Below are positions 25,965 through 32,000 of a stretch of 32,000 nucleotides of DNA, in pieces. Each line of letters opens with the position of its first letter. Position 1 is the first letter of the stretch. The notes under the pieces are model-generated. The model had not been told where the DNA came from and ran no database searches. It saw nothing but the letters and a program-made list of their open reading frames with translations. Position numbers and translations under genes: made by a program. Origin of the DNA: Geobacter sulfurreducens PCA (lineage in GTDB: Bacteria > Desulfobacterota > Desulfuromonadia > Geobacterales > Geobacteraceae); NCBI RefSeq assembly GCF_000007985.2, contig NC_002939.5, forward strand, positions 1,470,001-1,502,000, written 5' to 3'.

Positions 25965-26618
25965 ATGACGAACGCCCTGTTGCTCAAAAGCATCCCCTAT
26001 GAGGAGTTTGACTACCAGACCCTGCTGGATGTCGTTCATGGGTATGCCCGGCCACGGATGAAGATTTCCGCGATGCTGGCAAAGGGCGATATCATCCGGG
26101 TCAAGAAGGGGCTCTACATCCTCGGCGAACCTCTGCGCCGTCGGCCTTTCTGCCGGGAACTGCTCGCCAATCTCGTCTATGGCCCATCCTATATTTCTCT
26201 TGAATACGCCTTGCACTATCACGGCCTGACCCCGGAGCGGGTCGAGGCGGTGACTTCGGTTACCTGCGGGCGGTCACGGACCTTCGCTACCCCGGTCGGC
26301 ACCTTTTCCTATCGAATGATCCCGCTGGAAGCCTTTCGCACCGGCATGGACCGCGTTGAGTTGGATGATGGCCGCTCCTTCCTCGTGGCCATTCCGGAAA
26401 AGGCGCTGGCCGACCGGATCGTTGCCGACCGGGGCGCCGGCATCTCCACCCAGAAAGAGCTGCACGAGTACCTGCTGTCCAGCCTGCGCATCGATCCCGG
26501 CGGTCTCCGTGAACTCGATCCGGTCCGTGTTGCGGAGATCGCCCGTGCGTACCGCTCCCGCAGAGTAAAACTATTGGCCGATCTGATCAGCCGCCTGCAC
26601 AGAAGAGGGGGACGATGA
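25965..26618 (+). CDS. abiEi: type IV toxin-antitoxin system antitoxin AbiEi
   Basis: KGDIIRVKKGLYILG and YGPSYISLEYALHYHGLTPE are typical of AbiEi. It overlaps the abiEii start by 4 nt. An alternative ATG is at 25956. Confidence 0.8.
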   Translation: MTNALLLKSIPYEEFDYQTLLDVVHGYARPRMKISAMLAKGDIIRVKKGLYILGEPLRRRPFCRELLANLVYGPSYISLEYALHYHGLTPERVEAVTSVTCGRSRTFATPVGTFSYRMIPLEAFRTGMDRVELDDGRSFLVAIPEKALADRIVADRGAGISTQKELHEYLLSSLRIDPGGLRELDPVRVAEIARAYRSRRVKLLADLISRLHRRGGR

Positions 26619-27490
26619 TGCACGAGGCCGTGGCCCGCATGCTTGCCAAATACGAACCAAAGAGCGTTGACGACTCGGTCAGGGCTCTGCGGGAGATTAT
26701 CCAGGAGGTGGCGCTGCTCGGACTCTGGCGGTCGAAGTTTTTCGAGCATGCCGCGTTTTACGGCGGCACTGCTCTGCGTATCCTGTACGGACTCGACCGG
26801 TTCTCCGAGAATCTGGATTTTTCGCTGCTGGAACCGTCGCCTGATTTCAATCTTGCGCGTTATACGGCATCACTTGAGGAGGAATTGTCGGCCTTCGGCT
26901 TCAACGTCCGGGTGGAGATGGTCGGCAAGGCCGTGGAATCGGCGGTTCAGTCTGCGTTTCTCAAAGCCAACACCCGTAACGAACTCCTGGTCATCGAGAC
27001 CGGTGGAGAGCTTGCCGGTCAGGTTGCCGCCGGCCAGGTGCTGAAGGTGAAGATCGAGGTGGATACGGACCCGCCGACCGGGTTTACCACCTCGACCCGT
27101 TATCTGCTGCAACCGATACCCTTTGCCGTTCGGAGCTATTCGCTCCCGGACCTGTTTGCCGGCAAGATGCATGCGCTCCTCTTCCGCAGGTGGAAAAACC
27201 GGGTCAAGGGGCGCGACTGGTATGATTTCGTCTGGTATGCTGCCAACCATCCGCAGCTTAATCTTGCCCACCTCGAGCAGCGGATGCGCCAGACCGGCCA
27301 TTGGAGCGGGGATCTGCCACTTTCTGCTGCCGCGTTCAGAGAGTTGCTGTCCGATAGCATCGACCGGCTTGATGTCGATCAGGCACGCAACGACGTGGCA
27401 CCGTTCGTCAAGGATCAACAGGCGCTCGCTCTCTGGTCCCATGACTTTTTCCGGGATGTTGCGAGACGCGTTCAGACTGATGAAGGATGA
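26615..27490 (+). CDS. abiEii: AbiEii/AbiGii-family nucleotidyltransferase toxin
   Basis: 291 aa. FYGGTALRILYGLDRFSENLDFSL (NTase G-x-a-l plus D-x-D context), LPDLFAGKMHALLFR and GRDWYDF are typical of the family. Confidence 0.85.
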   Translation: MMHEAVARMLAKYEPKSVDDSVRALREIIQEVALLGLWRSKFFEHAAFYGGTALRILYGLDRFSENLDFSLLEPSPDFNLARYTASLEEELSAFGFNVRVEMVGKAVESAVQSAFLKANTRNELLVIETGGELAGQVAAGQVLKVKIEVDTDPPTGFTTSTRYLLQPIPFAVRSYSLPDLFAGKMHALLFRRWKNRVKGRDWYDFVWYAANHPQLNLAHLEQRMRQTGHWSGDLPLSAAAFRELLSDSIDRLDVDQARNDVAPFVKDQQALALWSHDFFRDVARRVQTDEG

Positions 27491-27601
27491 ACTCGGCAAT
27501 CTCAAGGAGTGAAGGACATACCCGGCGAATCAAGACCGAACGCAACGGTTGCTGACGCCGGGAGAAGTATCTGGTCGAGTATCGCAGAGAATGGCGGTTA
27601 T

Positions 27602-27658
27602 GACCCCCCTCAATCCCCCCTATTCCATAGGGGGGAAGCGAACGACGAGAGCAGGGGG
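27602..27658. repeat. 57-bp direct repeat, copy 1, containing a 9-bp-stem hairpin CCCCCCTAT-TCC-ATAGGGGGG
   Basis: GACCCCCCTCAATCCCCCCTATTCCATAGGGGGGAAGCGAACG is identical to 28008-28050. The following 14 nt carry 2 mismatches. The hairpin is at 27615-27635. Confidence 0.85.
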
Positions 27659-27667
27659 GTGGTGTCC

Positions 27668-28036
27668 ATGAAAACCTACACCAAGGCTTTGATACCGCGT
27701 GCACGGGACATGCGCTCGAACATGACGGAGCCGGAAAAGCGGATGTGGTATCAGTGTTTGAAGCACCTGCCGCTACGTTTCCGCCGTCAACGCCCTGTTG
27801 GTCCCTACATTGTCGATTTCTACTGCGCCGAGCTGAAACTGGTCATCGAAATTGACGGTGCCAGTCATGCCACCGACGAAGGGATTGTGTACGATGCGGG
27901 ACGGACGGCTTTTCTTGAAGGGCTTGGCTTGCGGGTTATTCGATTCGGAAATCATGAAGTCATGAACAACATTGAAGGCGTATTCGAGAGCTTGCAAAAA
28001 GAAGTGCGACCCCCCTCAATCCCCCCTATTCCATAG
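27668..28036 (+). CDS. DUF559 (Vsr-like) endonuclease domain protein
   Basis: RARDMRSNMTEPEKRMWYQCL...FRRQRPVGPYIVDFYC...LVIEIDGASH...RTAFLEGLGLRVIRF is the classic DUF559 pattern. I prefer the ATG at 27668. The last ~9 codons are encoded by repeat copy 2. Confidence 0.8.
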   Translation: MKTYTKALIPRARDMRSNMTEPEKRMWYQCLKHLPLRFRRQRPVGPYIVDFYCAELKLVIEIDGASHATDEGIVYDAGRTAFLEGLGLRVIRFGNHEVMNNIEGVFESLQKEVRPPSIPPIP

Positions 28037-28064
28037 GGGGGAAGCGAACGGCGAGAGCAGGGAG
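28008..28064. repeat. 57-bp direct repeat, copy 2 (hairpin 28021-28041), followed by a second C/G-run hairpin at 28071-28093
   Basis: See copy 1. The extra hairpin is TCCCCCTTGT-GCA-ACAGGGGGGA (10 pairs including one G:T). Confidence 0.85.
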
Positions 28065-28225
28065 GCAAAATCCCCCTTGTGCAACAGGGGGGACGGCGAG
28101 CGAAGCGAAGCAGGGGGGTCTCGACACACCATCCTGCCGGCCGACGAGAACGCATACGGTGCCGCAAGTGAGCATTTTGTCCGGCAGCCGGCTTGTTTCA
28201 GCAGCTTGTCGCCATGATTCGTCAG

Positions 28226-29278
28226 TTACGAAGATTTACCACCTGCAAATCCCCCCTGACTCCCCGCCACATGCCCCCGGTACATCGCATAATTCGCCTT
28301 GAGAATGTCGCTGATCGGCAATTCGTACGGACAGCGCGCGATGCATGCCCCGCATTCGGTGCAGAGGGGCACCGTTTCCATGGCTTTGCTGCAGAATTCC
28401 GCCGCAACGGCCGGCGACATGCGCGAGGCAACGATCGGGTAGCCCATGGCCGGGGTGATCATCACCCCCTGGGGGCAGGGCTGGCAGTATTCGCAGCGGC
28501 GGCAGAACCGTTTGCCCAGTTCGCGGCGGTACTGTTCCATGATTGCCAGGTCCTGCTCGGTGACGACGTTGTCGCGTTCGTAAAATGAAAGGACTTCGTC
28601 CACCTGGGCGCAGGACTCGAATCCCGGGATCGGGAAGATGCCGTCGTGGCTGCGGAGGTAGGTAAAGGCCACGGCGGCATTGTCGATCACGCCGCCCCCG
28701 AACGGTTTCATGCAGATGAAGGCCATGCCCGCGTCGCGGGCCGCGCCGAGCAGTTCATCCTTGGCCCCTTCCTCGATCAGGTTGAAGGGGAACTGGATCG
28801 TGTCGAACAGGCCGGTGCGGACCAGCTTGAGGGCCATCTCCAGGTTATGGGAGGTGACCCCCACGTGCCTGACCTTGCCGGCGGCCTTGGCGGCCATGGC
28901 CGCTTCCAGCGCGCCCGACGGGCCCGTGACCTCGGCCCAGTCCTTTTCCTGGGCGATCTGGTGCAGCTGGTAGAGGTCCAGGTAATCGGTGCCCAGCTTC
29001 CGGAGGCTGTTCTCCACGTGGCCGGTTACGCCCTCGGCGCTCCGCAGCAGGCTCTTGGTGGCGATGACCAGCTTGTGGCGGATGCCGGCAAAGGCGATCC
29101 CCATCTTCTCTTCGCTGTCGCGATAGGCGTTGGCCGTGTCGAAGAAGGTGATCCCCCGGTCGAAGGCGTGCCGGAGGACCCGGACCGCTTCGTCCTGGGG
29201 CAGGCGGATGATGGGGATGCAGCCGAAGCCGCATTCCGAAACGGTCAGCCCGGTCGAACCGAGCGGCAGGTATTTCAT
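28226..29278 (-). CDS. aldo/keto reductase with C-terminal 4Fe-4S cluster-binding domain
   Basis: MKYLPLGSTGLTVSECGFGCIPI...FFDTANAYRDSEE is an AKR pattern. The C-terminus has CRRCEYCQPCP and CTECGACIARCP. I prefer the ATG at 29278 (GAGGTG RBS) over the track start at 29344. Confidence 0.8.
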   Translation of the reverse strand: MKYLPLGSTGLTVSECGFGCIPIIRLPQDEAVRVLRHAFDRGITFFDTANAYRDSEEKMGIAFAGIRHKLVIATKSLLRSAEGVTGHVENSLRKLGTDYLDLYQLHQIAQEKDWAEVTGPSGALEAAMAAKAAGKVRHVGVTSHNLEMALKLVRTGLFDTIQFPFNLIEEGAKDELLGAARDAGMAFICMKPFGGGVIDNAAVAFTYLRSHDGIFPIPGFESCAQVDEVLSFYERDNVVTEQDLAIMEQYRRELGKRFCRRCEYCQPCPQGVMITPAMGYPIVASRMSPAVAAEFCSKAMETVPLCTECGACIARCPYELPISDILKANYAMYRGHVAGSQGGFAGGKSS

Positions 29279-29438
29279 CGGGTCACCTCGAACTAAGGAC
29301 CAGGTTTGTGCAACAGGTGGCGAGGAGGGCTGAACGCCCGGCACCCGCGAGCGGGGAAGCGAGGCGCGCCTGTTGGCACGTTGAGTTGTTGGGCAGGCGG
29401 CAACCGGCCCTGCGGTAGTTTCGCGTGCGGTTCACGGC

Positions 29439-30536
29439 TCAGTCCTTCGGCAGATAGGCCGGTGTATTGTGCGGCGCGGCCCGGACATACTGGGCGGGCC
29501 AGGGGGACTGATGCCCCAACTCCCGGGCCGCCCTGAGGGGCCAGTAGGGATCGCGCAGCAGCTCCCGGGCCAGCAGCACCAGGTCGGCCTGGCCGGAGCG
29601 GATGATGTGGTCCGCCTGGGCCGGTGCCGTGATCTGGCCCACCGACCCGGTCCTGCCGCCGGTCTCCCGCCTGATCCGCTCGGCAAACTGGGTCTGGTAG
29701 CCGGCGCCCAGGGGAATCCGGGCATGGGGGGCGCTGCCGCCGGACGAGCAGTCGATCAGATCGACCCCCAGCGGCAGGAGCCGGCGCACCAGTTCCACCG
29801 ACTGCTCGATGTCCCAGCCCCCGTCGACCCAGTCGGTGGCCGAGATCCTGACCCAGAGCGGCAGGTGCTCGGGCCAGACTTCCCTGACCGCGGTAACGAC
29901 GGTCCGGAGCAGCCGGGTGCGGTTTTCGAAGCTGCCGCCGTACTGGTCGGTGCGCTGGTTGCTGAGGGGCGAGAGGAACTGGTGCAGCAGGTAGCCGTGG
30001 GCCGCGTGGATCTCGGCGATCTGGAACCCGGCCAGCAGGGAGCGGCGGGCCGCGTCCACGAAGGCCGCCGTGATGGCGTCGATCTCCCCGGTGCTCAGTT
30101 CCTGCGGTACGATGCACCCCTCGTCAAAGGGGATGGGGCTGGGGGCCACGATGGGCCAGCCTCCTTCGGCCCCGGACAGGGTGGCGGTCCGCTGTTCCCA
30201 CGGGGCCGGGGTGCTCGCCTTGCGGCCGGCATGGGCCAGCTGAATGCCGGCGGTGCTGCCGCGCTGGGTGATGAAGTGGACGATGCGGGCCAGAAATTCG
30301 ATGTGCTCGTCGCGCCAGATGCCGAGGTCCCGGGGACTGATCCGCCCCTGGGGGGTGACGGCGGTGGCCTCGGTCAGCACCAGGCCGGCGCCGCCGGCCG
30401 CGCGGCTGCCCAGGTGGACCAGGTGCCAGTCGTTGGCAAAGCCGTCTTCGCTGGAATACATGCACATGGGGGATACGGCGATGCGGTTGGGCAGGGTCAG
30501 GCTGCGTATGGTCAAGGGTTCGAAGAGATGTGACAT
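29439..30536 (-). CDS. NADH:flavin oxidoreductase, Old Yellow Enzyme family (YqjM/NamA-like)
   Basis: MSHLFEPLTIRSLTLPNRIAVSPMCMYS and HAAHGYLLHQFLSPLSNQRTDQYGGS are canonical OYE motifs. AAGGAGG RBS lies before the ATG at 30536. Confidence 0.85.
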   Translation of the reverse strand: MSHLFEPLTIRSLTLPNRIAVSPMCMYSSEDGFANDWHLVHLGSRAAGGAGLVLTEATAVTPQGRISPRDLGIWRDEHIEFLARIVHFITQRGSTAGIQLAHAGRKASTPAPWEQRTATLSGAEGGWPIVAPSPIPFDEGCIVPQELSTGEIDAITAAFVDAARRSLLAGFQIAEIHAAHGYLLHQFLSPLSNQRTDQYGGSFENRTRLLRTVVTAVREVWPEHLPLWVRISATDWVDGGWDIEQSVELVRRLLPLGVDLIDCSSGGSAPHARIPLGAGYQTQFAERIRRETGGRTGSVGQITAPAQADHIIRSGQADLVLLARELLRDPYWPLRAARELGHQSPWPAQYVRAAPHNTPAYLPKD

Positions 30537-30638
30537 GGCGTGCCTCCTTGGCTGGTGGTTCATGGGTCCGGTGCCCTGGTTACAGCATAGCACCGAATTC
30601 ACCGTTGCGAACCGGGAGCTGCCCCGGCAGGAATGGCG

Positions 30639-31499
30639 CTACTCCAGCACCCGGAATACCGCCGCGAAATCCTCGTCGGCATGGCCAGCGGCGCGGGCGC
30701 GCTTGAAACTCTCGTTGGCCGTGGCCGCGCCGTGGAGCGGCTGGCCGAGCCGGTCGCCCAGCTCGACGGCCAGGCGCAGGTCCTTCTGCATGTGCTTGAG
30801 GGGGAAGCTGGTCGGGAATTCACCGCTCAGGAGCATCTGCCCCTTGCCCTTGAACATGGGGTTGGCCATTGCCCCGGCATCGAGCACCTCCAGCAGCTGG
30901 CCGCCGTCGAGGCCGCAGTTCCGGCCCAGGGCCATCCCTTCGCCCAGGGCCGTCATCATCTGGCCCATGATCATGTTGACCACCAGCTTCATCCGCGCCC
31001 CCTGGCCCACCTCGCCCAGGTGGAGGCATTTCTTGCCCAGTGCGGCAAAGGCCGGCCCGGCGTCGGTAAAGAGGCTCTGGTCGCCCGCGGCCAGGATGAT
31101 CAGGGTGCCGTCCTCGGCCGGCTTTTTGGTGCCCGAGACCGGGGCTTCCAGGAACCGTCCCCCCCGCGCGGTCACAGCCGCGCCGATGGCGGTGCTGGTT
31201 TCGTCGTCCACCGTGGACATGTCGATGTAGCCGCGGCCGCCGCCGATCCCCTCCAGCACCCCGTTGGCCCCGAAGCAGACCTCCCTCGCCGCGGCCGGGT
31301 CGGCCAGCATGGCAATGGTGATGTCGCAGGCGGCGCAGACCTCAGCGGGGCTCGATGCCTGCCGGGCGCCCAGGGCGACCAGGGGGGCGCACTTGGCGGG
31401 ATTGCGGTTCCAGACGGTAACGTCGAATCCAGCCCGCACCAGGTTGGCCGCCATGGGGCCTCCCATGATGCCGAGCCCGAGAAAGCCGTATGTTGTCAT
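30639..31499 (-). CDS. NAD(P)-dependent beta-hydroxyacid dehydrogenase (3-hydroxyisobutyrate dehydrogenase family; glyoxylate/succinic semialdehyde reductase-like)
   Basis: GFLGLGIMGGPMAANL is a Rossmann motif. The pattern includes VSGTKKPAEDGTL and a conserved catalytic-Lys context (KLVVNM). Confidence 0.8.
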   Translation of the reverse strand: MTTYGFLGLGIMGGPMAANLVRAGFDVTVWNRNPAKCAPLVALGARQASSPAEVCAACDITIAMLADPAAAREVCFGANGVLEGIGGGRGYIDMSTVDDETSTAIGAAVTARGGRFLEAPVSGTKKPAEDGTLIILAAGDQSLFTDAGPAFAALGKKCLHLGEVGQGARMKLVVNMIMGQMMTALGEGMALGRNCGLDGGQLLEVLDAGAMANPMFKGKGQMLLSGEFPTSFPLKHMQKDLRLAVELGDRLGQPLHGAATANESFKRARAAGHADEDFAAVFRVLE

Positions 31500-31583
31500 C
31501 TGCTGCTCCTTTCCAATCTGGTGTGTTCGTGGTGGTTGCTGGTATGAGGATAGTCCCGACCGGCGTCGAGTTCAAGAGCGGTT

Positions 31584-31667
31584 CCTGCCGAAATAGTGCC
31601 TGATCCTGTCGACGGCCGGAAAATATCCCCGGTTTCAGGCTGAAGTCTGCTACGTTATTTCGGCAGG
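31584..31667. other. 84-nt nested inverted-repeat structure in the intergenic region upstream of the dehydrogenase gene
   Basis: Outer perfect 12-bp arms CCTGCCGAAATA (31584-31595) and TATTTCGGCAGG (31656-31667). Inner 6-bp arms GCCTGA (31598-31603) and TCAGGC (31635-31640). Innermost pairing CCGG (31616-31619) with CCGG (31629-31632). Confidence 0.5.
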
Positions 31668-31864
31668 GCGGAATTCTTTGCGATGACGGCGAGAGGTGGC
31701 GACTATAGACAGCAGGATGGTGAAGATGATGCAGCGGGAGCGGTTGGCCGGGTTGATCGGGGCGCTGGCGGCGACGGAAAGGGGCGTCCACTCGCTGCCG
31801 GAGGAGTAAGCGTGGCGGGGCAGGGGGGCGGTTGTCCGCCCGGGACGGCTGCGGGAGGCAGGCC

Positions 31865-31899
31865 GGCGGATGCGGAGCGGGAGTGCCGCCGCATCCGCC
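31865..31899 (-). terminator. GC-rich hairpin 13 nt downstream of the MCP stop (terminator-like, no U tract)
   Basis: An 11-bp perfect stem GGCGGATGCGG / CCGCATCCGCC with a 13-nt loop. The lack of a T/U run lowers confidence for intrinsic termination. Confidence 0.4.
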
Positions 31900-31911
31900 G
31901 GGCCGTTGCGA

Positions 31912-32000
31912 TCATGCGATCCTGAAGTTCCCCACCACGTTCTGGAGCTGATGGGCCTGCTGGGCCAGCTGGGCCGCGGCGGCGGAGACCTCCTCGGCGC
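31912..32000 (-). CDS. methyl-accepting chemotaxis protein, C-terminal end (5' part outside window)
   Basis: The minus-strand frame reads ...AEEVSAAAAQLAQQAHQLQNVVGNFRIA-stop. This is typical of the C-terminal signalling-domain helix of MCPs. Confidence 0.6.
   Translation of the reverse strand, partial: AEEVSAAAAQLAQQAHQLQNVVGNFRIA

Larger units (their letters stand above)
25342..26063 (+). repeat. tandem duplication (2 copies, 361/362-bp unit) of the abiEi upstream region plus first 33 codons
   Basis: Copy 1 is 25342-25702 and copy 2 is 25704-26063. My manual alignment gives 7 substitutions and one 1-nt indel (GGGGAGGG versus GGGAGGG). A 12-mer AGGCGCGGCTGG is additionally repeated at 25329-25340. 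Confidence 0.9.

Noticed and set aside
25342-26063. Whether the repeated sequence here could be a CRISPR array.
   Set aside because: There are only two copies of a 361/362-bp unit in direct tandem, with no short repeat-spacer periodicity. The unit contains a promoter and a gene 5' end. It is a segmental duplication.
31717-31809. A 30-codon ORF (MVKMMQRERLAGLIGALAATERGVHSLPEE) in the MCP-dehydrogenase intergenic region.
   Set aside because: There is no convincing RBS and no recognisable family, and it lies in GC-rich DNA where such frames arise by chance.

Overview
High-GC chromosomal window that looks Geobacter-like (Desulfuromonadota); the organism call is an inference. The left core (1-9013, + strand) holds an isochorismatase-like fragment, an amidohydrolase, and an Rrf2-associated sulfate assimilation cluster: sbp-cysTWA, a ThiF/MoeB-like E1, a small ferredoxin-type sulfite reductase and TusA. 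The right core (28226-32000, - strand) holds an Fe-S aldo/keto reductase, an OYE flavin oxidoreductase, a beta-hydroxyacid dehydrogenase and the 3' end of an MCP. Between them (about 9014-28225) lies a ~19 kb compositionally mosaic defence island with every ORF on the + strand. In order it contains: (1) a phd/parE TA pair; (2) an IS3-family IS; (3) a tight three-gene block of MazG-like NTP pyrophosphohydrolase, DUF2075 nuclease-helicase with a C-terminal LexA-like S24 peptidase domain, and PLD-SF2 helicase-DUF3427; (4) a SIR2-APAZ plus short prokaryotic Argonaute pair (SPARSA type); (5) a very low-GC retron-like module with a PRTase-wHTH protein, a structured ncRNA candidate bounded by a perfect 10-bp inverted repeat, and a retron-type RT; (6) an HNH nuclease with a possible modification-reading N-domain; (7) a membrane-anchored Mrr-like nuclease with a zinc ribbon; (8) an AbiEi/AbiEii pair whose promoter and 5' end are tandemly duplicated (361/362 bp); (9) a DUF559 endonuclease flanked by 57-bp hairpin-containing direct repeats. 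I saw no rRNA, tRNA, CRISPR array, DNA methyltransferase or integrase. The pAgo pair and the retron belong to classes already in the literature. The MazG/DUF2075-S24/PLD-helicase block is the best candidate for something not yet described. All domain calls come from motif reading by eye, not from database searches.
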